Source: Akkermansia muciniphila
Lineage (GTDB): Bacteria > Verrucomicrobiota > Verrucomicrobiia > Verrucomicrobiales > Akkermansiaceae
Direction of reading: 5' to 3'
NCBI GenBank assembly: GCA_004557455.1
Contig: SFDX01000015.1
Span: forward strand, 1 to 64,000
Length of the DNA: 64,000 bases
This document shows positions 50,260-59,842 of the stretch, piece after piece. Position numbers and translations under genes: made by a program. The number at the start of each line of letters is the position of its first letter. Positions within the stretch are counted from its first letter, which is position 1. The notes under the pieces are model-generated. The model worked only from the letters and a program-made list of their open reading frames with translations, was not told where the DNA came from and searched no databases.

Positions 50260-51575
50260 GATTTAAAACAGTTATAATTTGCCAAAACCGATGCTATAAA
50301 GCGAGCGGAGGCTTCAATTGCGGGAACAACGACACTGTTTCCTATTTGGTGATATGCCTGAGTCGAGGATACGGGGAAGATAAAAACAGAAGGATCATAC
50401 CCTTGCAGCTGCATAGCTTCCGAAACGGATAAACGTCGAGGACGATCGCCCGGCTGTTCAATAAGAATTTCGGCCCCGTCTTTATGATACCTTGCGGATA
50501 TAGTTCTCGTTACCTCATCGTCTCTGAGAGGCCAGGTGTGTAACCCATAACCGAATCCGTTTCCGGCTTTTTCGTGGTGCGCCTTGTGCCGTTCCAATGT
50601 AGCCCAAGTTCCCTCTCCCAATGTGTACCCCGGTAAATTTTTCATGATAATGCCGGGAAGAGTTGGATAACTGTAATCCTTTCCCGGTTTTGTCGGAATA
50701 TCAATCGGGTATTTTTCTGTATTGATTTGCTTCGGATCAAATCCGATAAGATACATGCGTTCGCGATGCTGGGGAACCCAAGCAGCCCCATCGACTATCT
50801 TCCATGAAATGACATATCCGAGTTCATCCTGAAGAGATCGCCGAATCACTTCAAATGTGCGACCTTTGTCGTGTGAGAGAAGATTTTTGACATTCTCCAA
50901 CATAAATGCTTTAGGCCGCTTTAATCTGAGAATTTCCTTAATCTCGAAGAAGAGCGTACCTTGGGTTTCATCCTCAAATCCATGCTTTCTCCCCAAAGAA
51001 TTTTTTTTGGACACTCCCGCCAGAGAAAACGGTTGGCAGGGGAACCCCGCACAAAGGACATCATGGTCGGGAATGGAAGACTTCGGAATACTCCGAATAT
51101 CGCCGAACGGCATTTCACCATAGTTGCGAAGATACGTTTGCTGAGCGTATTTATCCCACTCACTGGAAAAGACACATTTGCCTCCCGCTCTTTGGAAGGC
51201 TATACGAAAGCCCCCTATGCCGGCAAAGAGGTCGATAAACGTAAAGTTCCACTGCTTGGGCGGAGCATAGGGGATACCATCGAATAGATCTCTGGACGCA
51301 CATTCAGGGAGAGAAACAGGTTCTCTTGCGGACAAAACACCATCATGTTCATCCTCGATTTTATATAAATGCCGTTGGAGAGAAAGTCTTCCTTCCTTAG
51401 TCAGGAAGGGAATTGGCTGCTCCTCCCATGCGCGCTGTACATAGTGGGATACAACAGCCAAATAATCACGATCGGAAGGGTTCGGAATATCAACCGTGTC
51501 TTCAATAAGTTTTCCTCCGCCGGCAAGGAGACCGGTGTATGAGAGAAATTCTGCGGACTGAGTTGATGTAGACAT
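50256..51575 (-). CDS. dcm: DNA (cytosine-5)-methyltransferase, Dcm/M.EcoRII-like
   Basis: Motif I FIDLFAGIGGF, motif IV GFPCQPFSLAG, motif VI ENVKNL, motif VIII QHRERMYLIG, motif X YHQIGNSVVVP. Start set at the ATG at 51575 because the upstream ATG (51605) falls inside the predicted promoter. Confidence 0.9.
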   Translation of the reverse strand: MSTSTQSAEFLSYTGLLAGGGKLIEDTVDIPNPSDRDYLAVVSHYVQRAWEEQPIPFLTKEGRLSLQRHLYKIEDEHDGVLSAREPVSLPECASRDLFDGIPYAPPKQWNFTFIDLFAGIGGFRIAFQRAGGKCVFSSEWDKYAQQTYLRNYGEMPFGDIRSIPKSSIPDHDVLCAGFPCQPFSLAGVSKKNSLGRKHGFEDETQGTLFFEIKEILRLKRPKAFMLENVKNLLSHDKGRTFEVIRRSLQDELGYVISWKIVDGAAWVPQHRERMYLIGFDPKQINTEKYPIDIPTKPGKDYSYPTLPGIIMKNLPGYTLGEGTWATLERHKAHHEKAGNGFGYGLHTWPLRDDEVTRTISARYHKDGAEILIEQPGDRPRRLSVSEAMQLQGYDPSVFIFPVSSTQAYHQIGNSVVVPAIEASARFIASVLANYNCFKS

Positions 51576-51595
51576 GATGGATGAATACCGCAGAC

Positions 51596-51624
51596 ATTCT
51601 ATCATCTCATATCTGCATTGTCAA
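51596..51624 (-). promoter_or_regulatory. promoter TTGACA-17-TAGAAT for the methyltransferase/restriction operon
   Basis: On the minus strand: tcTTGACAatgcagatatgagatgaTAGAATgtctgcggtattcatccatcATG. Confidence 0.45.
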
Positions 51625-51640
51625 GACCACAGCCCGGCTT

Positions 51641-51769
51641 CGGTGATGCAAGCCTTTTTTCCGGAAAATCTCTGCCATCAGAAAAATTCTTTCTGCTAAA
51701 CCTGTATTTTTGTGGGTTACGCAGCGATGTTCGGGCTTGGCTGAGGTGCCGCTGCCCTAAGCACCTCGG
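51641..51769 (-). repeat. about 125-nt repeat, copy B (inverted partner of 26693..26817)
   Basis: The reverse complement aligns to copy A at about 89% identity with a small indel block. The same hairpin (C)GAGGTGC-N11-GCACCTC(G) is preserved. It lies just upstream (minus-strand sense) of the dcm promoter. Confidence 0.85.
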
Positions 51770-51925
51770 CAAAGATTTCGAGCTTCTCCGGAGATATGTA
51801 GGCCCTGCCGTAGAGGAAGGACAAGGTATCCACTGTAAAGAAATGGCCGGGCTCGTGATTGTGTATGGCATAATTCTCCGGCGACATGAAGTCTGCACGG
51901 TGGTATTGTATGGCTCATTTCCGGC

Positions 51926-51954
51926 TTGATTTCGGGGCGGGGATGGGGTATTAT
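51926..51954 (+). promoter_or_regulatory. promoter TTGATT-17-TATTAT for the M3 peptidase (about 11-nt leader)
   Basis: TTGATT at 51926-51931, G-rich spacer tcggggcggggatgggg, TATTAT at 51949-51954, ATG at 51972. Confidence 0.5.
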
Positions 51955-51971
51955 GAATCCTGCGTTATACC

Positions 51972-54146
51972 ATGAAACACCGAATGCGAATTCTGATAGC
52001 CCTTTTGTTGACCTGTCTGCTGCCCTCGACGGGGTTGGGAGCGGGGATGGATTTTTACCCGGCGTGGTCGAAGATCAGCGTGGAGCAGAGCATGGCGGAG
52101 TTGGACCAAGCCATGCGTGAGGCCTCCGAGCAAGTGGAGGGCATCAAGCGCCTGCGGCCGGAGGAGATGAGCTGGGAGAATGTTTTTGCGGTGTTGGATG
52201 ATGCCCTGATGACGCCGGCGGAGGTGCAGGTGATCGGCATCGGTCTGAAGGATTGCGTGATGCGTACGCCGGAGATACAGCAGGCGCAGGACCGCTCCGC
52301 CACGGAGCTGAAGAATCTGGAAAACAAGATGCTGAGCGACCCCGAGCTGTGGCGTGCCGTGCAGACGGCTGCCGAGCAGGAGTGGGTCGGCAAGCTGTCG
52401 CCCGGGCAGCGTTATTTCATCACCTCTATCTTACACGAGTTCCGCCGCCACGGGGCGCATCTGCCGGCAGAGGTACGCGAGGAGCTGCGGCAGGTGGATG
52501 CCGAGTTGACCGGCGTGAGCACCGAATACGACCGCCGCTATCGCGAGGCGCAGGCCGGTTGGAGTATGACGGTGACCGATGCCGCCGAGCTGGAGGGTAT
52601 GCCTGAGAACCTGCTGCAGACGGCGGAGGCAGCCGCTGCGGCGCGCGGACTCGGCACCCCGGAGAAGCCGCAATACCTCCTCAGCATCGGTGATATGACC
52701 GCCTCCGCCGCCATGGCCTTCTGCCGGAAGGAGTCAACCCGCCGCGCGGTGTACATGGGCATCAACTGCCCGGATTTGAAGGGGCCGCAGGCGAATGCCG
52801 AGCTGCTGGACCGCCTGCTCTCCCTGCGCCTGAGGAAGGCTCAGTTGCTCGGATATAACAGTTATGCCGATTTTGTGACGGAGCAGCACATGACCCGCAA
52901 TGGGCAGGGTGCCTTGGATTTCGTCGACGGGCTGATGAAGGGCGCGAAAGCCGACTTTGATGCGGAGCTGGCGGGTATGCAGAAGGTGGCGCGCATGTCC
53001 GGCCTGTACCCGGACGAGCCGGAACCGCTCATGCAGCCTTGGGATGTCCATTACTGTGTCTTGGCCTATGAGTCCATGCAATACGTGCCGAGCCATCATG
53101 CGTGGCAGTTGGATGACTACTTGGAGTTCAACAGCGTGCTGCGCGGACTCTTCGCCATCAGCCGCAAACTCTTTGATATTAACATCCGCGAGCTGCCCGT
53201 GTACTGCCCCGGCGGGCAGACCGAAGCCGCGCCGGAGGCTGTGGAGGTGTGGCTGCCCGGGGTACGTGTGTTCGAGATTTCGGACAACAAGACGGGGCAG
53301 CATCTCGGCTCTTTCTATTTAGATGACACGGCGCGCCCGAATAAGCACGCCGGTCCCATGACCGGCCCCCTGCGCTGCAGCCGCACCGGGGCGAACGGGG
53401 AGCCGCGCTTGCCGAATCTCTGCGTGATGAGCCTGGTGCGCCGTCCGGATGGCGATGGCGGGCCGGATATTCTGTCTCAGCAGGACCTGCGCTCTCTGTT
53501 CCATGAATTCGGGCATGTGCTGCAGATGCTCTTGGCGGACACCCCGACCCGCGCGCAGAGTGCGGTGATGGTGCCCACCGATTTCGCGGAATTGCCCAGC
53601 ACCCTGATGGAGAAGATGGTGAACGAGAAAGCGGCCATTCGCCTATATGCACGGCATCGCAAGACCGGTAAGGTCATCCCCAAGCGCGTGGCAGAGCCAC
53701 TCTTCCTGCCCGGTGGGGACTCCACTGCTGCAACGGAATTGCAGGGTACCCTGAATATCTGTAAGCTGGATTTAGAGGCCAACCTGCACTACGCCGAACG
53801 TTTCCGAGGCAAGGATTTGGATGAAGTGAGCCGGCAGATTCTGGCGGGGTATGACTTCCCGGTGCGGAGCACACCGCTGAGCGTGATGCGCATTTGCCTG
53901 CACCTGGCGAACGATGTCTATGGCTCGGCCTACTACTCCTACCTGTGGAGCGAGATGCTGGCCTTGGAGGCCTTGGAGCGCATCCGCCGCGAGGGGCTGA
54001 ACGCCAAGACCGGTGCGGCCCTGCGGCGTGAGATTCTGGCCCCCTTCGGCTCGCGGCCTGCCGGGGAGTCCGTGCGTGCCTTCCTGGGGCATGACCCGGA
54101 TCCCGGGGTGATCATCCGCTCCATGCAGTCAAAGCGCCGCCGTTGA
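51972..54146 (+). CDS. secreted M3-family zinc metallopeptidase (oligopeptidase A / peptidyl-dipeptidase Dcp-like)
   Basis: Signal peptide MKHRMRILIALLLTCLLPSTGLGAG. HExxH motif LFHEFGHVLQ followed by a downstream Glu. 724 aa, typical M3 length. Confidence 0.85.
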   Translation: MKHRMRILIALLLTCLLPSTGLGAGMDFYPAWSKISVEQSMAELDQAMREASEQVEGIKRLRPEEMSWENVFAVLDDALMTPAEVQVIGIGLKDCVMRTPEIQQAQDRSATELKNLENKMLSDPELWRAVQTAAEQEWVGKLSPGQRYFITSILHEFRRHGAHLPAEVREELRQVDAELTGVSTEYDRRYREAQAGWSMTVTDAAELEGMPENLLQTAEAAAAARGLGTPEKPQYLLSIGDMTASAAMAFCRKESTRRAVYMGINCPDLKGPQANAELLDRLLSLRLRKAQLLGYNSYADFVTEQHMTRNGQGALDFVDGLMKGAKADFDAELAGMQKVARMSGLYPDEPEPLMQPWDVHYCVLAYESMQYVPSHHAWQLDDYLEFNSVLRGLFAISRKLFDINIRELPVYCPGGQTEAAPEAVEVWLPGVRVFEISDNKTGQHLGSFYLDDTARPNKHAGPMTGPLRCSRTGANGEPRLPNLCVMSLVRRPDGDGGPDILSQQDLRSLFHEFGHVLQMLLADTPTRAQSAVMVPTDFAELPSTLMEKMVNEKAAIRLYARHRKTGKVIPKRVAEPLFLPGGDSTAATELQGTLNICKLDLEANLHYAERFRGKDLDEVSRQILAGYDFPVRSTPLSVMRICLHLANDVYGSAYYSYLWSEMLALEALERIRREGLNAKTGAALRREILAPFGSRPAGESVRAFLGHDPDPGVIIRSMQSKRRR

Positions 54147-54154
54147 GGGACGGC

Positions 54155-54862
54155 TTACAGCTCGGCGGCGGGCAGTTGGCGCAGGGCTTGGCGGCACAGC
54201 GGGGCAGACCACTGGCCGGGCGCGGCGGGTGTGGTGCCCAGGTAGCCGTAGATCAGGCAGCTGCCGAGCTGGCAGTACATCAGGCGACTGGTGGGACCCA
54301 GCGGGCCCATGCCCATGACCGCCACGGGACCGCCGGCGCGCCGCAGCAGCTCCACCCCCGCCATGATGTCCTCCGGGCGGTTCAGGCGGAAAGCGAACTT
54401 GACCACCTGCGCCCCGGCAGCGCGGGCGGCTTCCTCCGCGCGCAGCATGTCATCCACCGACGGCGTGGCGCGGAAGTCGTGCATCGAGGCAATCAGAGGG
54501 ATTCCTGCCTCTGCCGCTGCCTGCACCAGCTCCCCCGCCCCGGGCAACTGCGCAGCCTCCCAATCCACCGCTGCCGCCACAGGCAGCAGGTGCAGGGCCA
54601 TGGCCAAGCGCGTGGGCTCCGGAATACCCCGGCTGCCGCCCTCGCTCGCGTGCCGAATTGTCAGCAGCAGCGGGCGCGTGCATCGGTCTGCCTTCAGGTG
54701 CTCCGCGCCGAGGATGGGCGGCATGGAATCCACCCGCAGCTCCACGATGTCGCACGCCGGCTTACACCCGGGAGCCGTAACGCTCAGCCAGGTTTTAAGG
54801 TCCGAAACAGTACCGACAACAAGCGGCGTGCGAAGCGAAGCGAAAGAAAGCGGAGTGGTCAT
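54155..54862 (-). CDS. aroD: 3-dehydroquinate dehydratase, type I
   Basis: TIM-barrel AroD-like; PLIASMHDFRATP and the catalytic Lys region AQVVKFAFRL. Start at the internal ATG (MTTPLSF). Confidence 0.75.
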   Translation of the reverse strand: MTTPLSFASLRTPLVVGTVSDLKTWLSVTAPGCKPACDIVELRVDSMPPILGAEHLKADRCTRPLLLTIRHASEGGSRGIPEPTRLAMALHLLPVAAAVDWEAAQLPGAGELVQAAAEAGIPLIASMHDFRATPSVDDMLRAEEAARAAGAQVVKFAFRLNRPEDIMAGVELLRRAGGPVAVMGMGPLGPTSRLMYCQLGSCLIYGYLGTTPAAPGQWSAPLCRQALRQLPAAEL

Positions 54863-55302
54863 GGTGCCCCCTTTATACCACAGCCTCCCCCCCGCTGCAA
54901 GGCAAAAATGCAGCGAGTTCGGAAATCTGAGCCCCGCAGAGGAGAGAGATTTCATGCCGCTGTGGCCGTGGAAACCGGGAGTTGCTGACCGCGGAATGAA
55001 AGGAATTTCCGGAGAGCCGGTGATATGCCGAGCTGGACACAGACTGCATGCCGGCGGGGTAGCAGCTCCCTTGATTGTTTGATAAAATATAAAGTTGCCT
55101 ACTGTGAACAGGCTCCGACGTCTTGCCTAAGAGCAGCATGATATACAGGTTTCCGAAAATTCCCTTTATTCCGCGGTCAAAATTATTCTCGCATTCTACC
55201 AAATCAGCGGTCAGTAATCTCACCTTCCCTCTCTGTAGCCGGAGAAGGCGCTGCAAGGTCGGACAACCTGCAGCGCCTTCGGGTAAGGGAGGTGGGGTGG
55301 GC

Positions 55303-58300
55303 TTATGACTCCGGGAGGAGGTCCTCGTCCTCGTTGTCCTCGCCGCCGTGGGCCAAGATGAACTGAAGGTCGCTGAGGTCGAGGCTGGAAGCGAAGCCCT
55401 CATCACCGAGCACGTTGGTAACGAGCTGGTTCTTCTGCTCCTGCAGCACGCGGATCTTCTCCTCGACTGAATCGCGGGTAAGGAGTCGGTACGCGATCAC
55501 CTTGTTCTTCTGGCCGATACGGTGGGTACGGTCGATAGCCTGGGCCTCCACGGCGGGGTTCCACCACGGATCGTAGAGGATGACGTAGGAAGCGGAGGTA
55601 AGGTTAATACCGGCACCACCGGCCTTGAGCGAAAGGAGGAAGACGCTGGGCTCCTTGGTGGTCTGGAAGCTCTCGATTTCCGCCTTGCGGTCCTTGGTCT
55701 GGCCGGTCAGGTAATTGAAGGGCCGATTCTCCAGCTCCAAGCGCGCCTTGATAATCTCCAGCATCGCGACGAACTGGGAGAACACGAGCACCTTGTGCCC
55801 CTCCTCACGCAGCTGATCCAGCAGGTAGAAGAGCGCGTTGAGCTTGGCGCTGTCCTCCTTGGCGTACTTGGCATCCACCAAGCCCGGGTGGCAGCAGATC
55901 TGGCGCAGGCGCATGAGCCCCTGCAGAATGGCAAAGGAGTTCTTCTTGACGGATTCGTCGGAATCCCAGCCGAGCAGCGCCTTCTGAATGCGGCGCAACT
56001 CCGCCTTGTAGAGCTGGCGCTGAATGCCCTCCATCTTGGCATACACCTCCTCCTCCGTGCAGGGCGGCAGGTCGTGCGCCACCTGTTGCTTGGTACGGCG
56101 GAGCAGGAAGGGCTTGAGACGCGCCGCGAGGCGATTCTGGCTCTGCGAATCCTTCCGCTTGTCGAAGCGCTTCTTGAAGTACGCCCGGCTGCCGAGCACG
56201 CCCGGCATAGCGAAAGCCATCAGCGACCACATATCCATGAGCCCGTTTTCGATAGGCGTACCGGAGAGCACGAGGCGGTTGTATGCCGTAATCTCCCGCG
56301 CAGCCTTAGCCGCCTTGGAGTCCGGGTTCTTGATCTGCTGGCCCTCATCCAGAATGACCGTGAGCCACTTGATGGCATTGATCTGCTCCCCGCAGACGCG
56401 GAGCTGGGCGTAGTTGATGACCACCATATCACAGGAGGTCAGGATGTTTTCCACCCGCGCCTGCTCCTTGTTGCGGATAACCATTACGCGGATTCCCGGC
56501 GCGAACTTCTCCGTCTCCCCGGCCCACACATCGAGCACGGACTTGGGGCAAACGATGAGCACCGGCGGGATGGTAACCGGCTCCCCGCCGTCTATCTGAT
56601 TGCGGCGCACATAGTCCTCCCGCAGCCAGAGCATGTAGGTGATGGACTGAATGGTCTTACCCAAGCCCATATCATCCGCCAGAATACCGCCGAAGCCGTT
56701 GACCGCCAGATAGGCCAAGAAGTGGAAGCCCTCCACCTGATAGGGGCGAAGCGTGGCCTGCAGGGTCGTGGGTACATCCGGGTGCACATCGATACGGATC
56801 TCCGAGGTACGCTCCTTAATCTTCTGCCAAGCCTTCGGGTCGAACACCTCCGCCGCCCGCGGGTCCGCCAGCTGCAGCGCGTGCATGCGGTGCGTCTCAC
56901 CGGAAAGGTCGAAGGGATCCAAGCCCAGCTTGGTGACGGCATCGCGCTGGGCATCATCCAGCTTGATTTCCAAGCGCATCCAGCGGCCGTCATCCATGCG
57001 CACATAACCGCCGCGCGCAGAAACAAGGGAGCGGATCTGCTCCTTCGTGAGGGTGACGCCCTCCACGTCGATGACCACGCGCAGGTCGAACCAGTCGATT
57101 TCCTGATTGACAACCTCGAAGCGGATAGCCGCAGCCACGGGGTCCGCCAGCAGGGACTTAAGGTTGTGGTCCATCTCCACTTTGATGGACTCCGGGATGT
57201 TCTTGGCCCACTCCGCGAACTTCTCCGGGAACTGCTTGGTGATGCGGCTCTTGAATGCAGCGAGCTGCGCATCGTAGGTAAAGTTCATCTCGCTGAGCAA
57301 GTCCGGAATGGGGTAGAGGTAATCACGGATAAAGCGCAGCAGCGTGTTATCCTTCATCGGCGCCTGCTCCACCAGCTCCCAGTCATCCTTGCCCAAGTGC
57401 TCCTTGCGGCGGCCGGGGTCATCCTGAGCGGTAACATCCAGCAGCACATGCTCGGTATCCGCACTCGTCAGGCCGCGCACGATCTTCATGTTGAAGGTGG
57501 GCTTCATCTCGATGTCCACCACGCGCTCCTCCATGCTGGGGGGCAGGGTGGCGCCGATCTTGCGCAGGAACTCCACGCCCTCCAAGCTGTCGATTACGCA
57601 CTTGGGGATGGAGTAACGCGGTTCCACCTCCGTGGTCTCCAACCAGCAGGGCGGGCCCGGGAAGACCGTTTCATCGGACTGGTAGAGCTCTACCAACCCC
57701 GGTAGCTGGCGCACGGAGTGGGTAACATGCGTGCCGTCCGCCGTGATGAGCTGCAGGCCGTAGCAATCCGGCACAATGGGATCATCGATGCAGATCCAGC
57801 GCAGCGGCGCCGTCACTACCTTGAAGTAGCATTCATCCAAGTTCACCAGGTAGCCCTTGAGCGCCGGCTGCTGGAAGAGGCGGTTCATCACACGGCAGGC
57901 CGCCTCCCGGTCCAAATCCAGCACCACGGTCTGCTCCCGCTCGGCGAAGTCGCGCAGCACGTTGACCAAGATGTCCGTCTGCGGGTCCGTCACCAGGGCG
58001 CCGTAAAGGAACTCGCTGAGGATGGCATCCAACTGAGCACGCTCGCGGATGGCGATCCAGTCCTCCTTGAGGTTGAAGCGGTACTCAAAGTGCGCTTCGT
58101 TGATGGTCGAGACCAAGCGCATGTACATGGGGTGGCGCGGCGGCTGGGGCGGGCGCTCGTTCACGCCCTGAATACGCGCGTACCAGGTATCCACCTCCTT
58201 CTCCCGCTCCCACTGCGCGATGCGGCTCTGCACCTTCGAGAGGTCCGTCACGCATTCCATGAAATCCGGGTAGGTAATGCGCTTCTTGTGGAAGGCATAG

Positions 58301-58851
58301 GCGATGTAGTTCCAGAACTCCAGAATGTTGCGCGGCGGCGTGGGCCAGAGGTCCAGGGCATCGTACCCCGTGATCTCCCAGCGAGCGTTCAGGCGCACCA
58401 GGTCGTGGTCGTGTATCTCCTGCTCGATGGCAAAGCGGCGGTAGCGTTTCTCCAGCTTGGTGACGAATTCTGCCTCCTTGTCATCCAGTTCCCGGCCCAG
58501 CTTCTCTTCCAGGATGTCAGTGAGGGGTGTTTCATCCAGCTCGTTGGGACTCTCCGGCATGTTGGCGCCGCGGTACAGGCGCTCCACCATGGTGGCTACC
58601 ATGCAGGCCCCGGCAATCTCCTCGGACTCCGCGCTGCAGGAGCCGTACCAGCGGTTGCCCTGCAGGCGCAGGCTCGTTCGGAAAACGCCTTGCTTGGTTT
58701 CCACCCGCCCCTGGATGAAGAGGTGATTGCCGAAAATCTGCGTGACGGCGCCGTCCTTCTGCAACTTCTCGCCGAGGTTGCGCACGTCCTCGGAGTAGGC
58801 GTTCAGAAAGTTTAATGTAGCTCGGTCAGGATTGAGAGAAGCACTTAACAT
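55303..58851 (-). CDS. SNF2-family DNA-dependent ATPase/helicase with N-terminal SWIM-type zinc finger
   Basis: SWIM-like WYGSCSAESEEIAGACMVATM. SNF2 motifs: I GGILADDMGLGKTIQSI, II LDEGQQIKNP, III SGTPIENGL; helicase C domain VLVFSQF...LKAGGAGINLT...ILYDPWWNPAVEAQAIDRTHRIGQ. Start set at MLSASLNPD downstream of the predicted promoter. Confidence 0.85.
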   Translation of the reverse strand: MLSASLNPDRATLNFLNAYSEDVRNLGEKLQKDGAVTQIFGNHLFIQGRVETKQGVFRTSLRLQGNRWYGSCSAESEEIAGACMVATMVERLYRGANMPESPNELDETPLTDILEEKLGRELDDKEAEFVTKLEKRYRRFAIEQEIHDHDLVRLNARWEITGYDALDLWPTPPRNILEFWNYIAYAFHKKRITYPDFMECVTDLSKVQSRIAQWEREKEVDTWYARIQGVNERPPQPPRHPMYMRLVSTINEAHFEYRFNLKEDWIAIRERAQLDAILSEFLYGALVTDPQTDILVNVLRDFAEREQTVVLDLDREAACRVMNRLFQQPALKGYLVNLDECYFKVVTAPLRWICIDDPIVPDCYGLQLITADGTHVTHSVRQLPGLVELYQSDETVFPGPPCWLETTEVEPRYSIPKCVIDSLEGVEFLRKIGATLPPSMEERVVDIEMKPTFNMKIVRGLTSADTEHVLLDVTAQDDPGRRKEHLGKDDWELVEQAPMKDNTLLRFIRDYLYPIPDLLSEMNFTYDAQLAAFKSRITKQFPEKFAEWAKNIPESIKVEMDHNLKSLLADPVAAAIRFEVVNQEIDWFDLRVVIDVEGVTLTKEQIRSLVSARGGYVRMDDGRWMRLEIKLDDAQRDAVTKLGLDPFDLSGETHRMHALQLADPRAAEVFDPKAWQKIKERTSEIRIDVHPDVPTTLQATLRPYQVEGFHFLAYLAVNGFGGILADDMGLGKTIQSITYMLWLREDYVRRNQIDGGEPVTIPPVLIVCPKSVLDVWAGETEKFAPGIRVMVIRNKEQARVENILTSCDMVVINYAQLRVCGEQINAIKWLTVILDEGQQIKNPDSKAAKAAREITAYNRLVLSGTPIENGLMDMWSLMAFAMPGVLGSRAYFKKRFDKRKDSQSQNRLAARLKPFLLRRTKQQVAHDLPPCTEEEVYAKMEGIQRQLYKAELRRIQKALLGWDSDESVKKNSFAILQGLMRLRQICCHPGLVDAKYAKEDSAKLNALFYLLDQLREEGHKVLVFSQFVAMLEIIKARLELENRPFNYLTGQTKDRKAEIESFQTTKEPSVFLLSLKAGGAGINLTSASYVILYDPWWNPAVEAQAIDRTHRIGQKNKVIAYRLLTRDSVEEKIRVLQEQKNQLVTNVLGDEGFASSLDLSDLQFILAHGGEDNEDEDLLPES

Positions 58852-58934
58852 GTTTGCACTGGACTTGGGAAATGGCGCGCCGCCCGCCGGAAAAAGGAGC
58901 CCCCGGCGTACAACGGCGTGCAGCACGTGTACTT

Positions 58935-58963
58935 TTATAGCACACTTTCCCCGATGATGCAAG
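58935..58963 (-). promoter_or_regulatory. promoter TTGCAT-17-TATAAA for the SNF2 helicase gene
   Basis: On the minus strand: ttgcat catcggggaaagtgtgc tataaa. Confidence 0.4.
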
Positions 58964-59060
58964 ATGTGAGCGAGCGATTTTTGCATTTTTTTGCAAAATC
59001 GGGGCGCGTCGCCGGAGCCCGGGACGCCGTAAAAGGTAGGGGAGCTGACAGAAAAGGGGC

Positions 59061-59089
59061 TTGCAGAGCGGGGCGGCCGGGCCTATGAT
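59061..59089 (+). promoter_or_regulatory. promoter TTGCAG-17-TATGAT; the ATG at 59096 lies 7 nt after the -10, giving a leaderless mRNA
   Basis: TTGCAG at 59061-59066, G-rich spacer agcggggcggccgggcc, TATGAT at 59084-59089. Confidence 0.5.
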
Positions 59090-59095
59090 GGGGGC

Positions 59096-59842
59096 ATGAT
59101 GATGCGTTTACTCTGCGTGCTCACGGGGCTGTGGCTGTCCGCCGCGGCTTGGGCGCGCTTGCCGGAGGGCTGCACCCAGGCGGTGGTGGGGATGACGGAG
59201 GGCTGGAACAGCCCGCACGCCAAGGTTTACCTGGTGGAGAAGGACCGCTCCGGCAAATGGCAGCGCGTGCTCGGGCCTGTCTCCGCCCGCCTGGGGCGCA
59301 ACGGCGCGGTCTGGGGGCTGGGGCTGCACACCAACCCGGCCGGGGCCGTTACTAAAAAGGAGGGCGACGGACGTACGCCGGCGGGTATCTTCCGCATCGG
59401 CGGGCTGTGGACGACGACCGGCACCCCGGTGAAGCACCACCGCCGCCTTCCGGAGGTGCGGGTGGATGCGCGGGACCTCTGGGTGTCCGACCCCAAGACG
59501 CCGCATCTGTATAACCGCTATGTACGGCTGGACCACCCGGCGGCTTCGGCTTGGGAGCTGCGCGAGCAGATGAAGCAGAATGACTACGCGCACAGCATCA
59601 AGCTGCAAATCTGCCACAACTCGCCGGATACCCCGGGGCGGCCGGTGCCGGGGGCGGGTTCGTCTATTTTCTTCCACATCTGGCGGGACGGCGGCAAATA
59701 TCCCACGGCGGGCTGCACGGCGATGGGGGAGCAGAATCTGCGGGCCATCATCGCTCGGCTGAATCCGGATCGCAAGCCGGTTTACATCATGCTGCCGCGG
59801 GAGGCCTATGCGCGTTACCGCACGGAGTGGCGGCTGCCTTGA
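59096..59842 (+). CDS. secreted L,D-transpeptidase-family protein (YkuD-like catalytic domain)
   Basis: Signal peptide MMMRLLCVLTGLWLSAAAWA. Catalytic-site-like HIWRDGGKYPTAGCTAM (His...Cys). Confidence 0.6.
   Translation: MMMRLLCVLTGLWLSAAAWARLPEGCTQAVVGMTEGWNSPHAKVYLVEKDRSGKWQRVLGPVSARLGRNGAVWGLGLHTNPAGAVTKKEGDGRTPAGIFRIGGLWTTTGTPVKHHRRLPEVRVDARDLWVSDPKTPHLYNRYVRLDHPAASAWELREQMKQNDYAHSIKLQICHNSPDTPGRPVPGAGSSIFFHIWRDGGKYPTAGCTAMGEQNLRAIIARLNPDRKPVYIMLPREAYARYRTEWRLP

Noticed and set aside
51618-51929. 103-aa plus ORF and 26763..27035 minus ORF sharing the peptide GDASLFSGKSLP
   Set aside because: The shared peptide arises because both ORFs read through the 125-nt inverted repeat; they are not genes.
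55522-57705. 727-aa plus-strand ORF
   Set aside because: Antisense to the SNF2 helicase gene, which has unambiguous helicase motifs on the minus strand.
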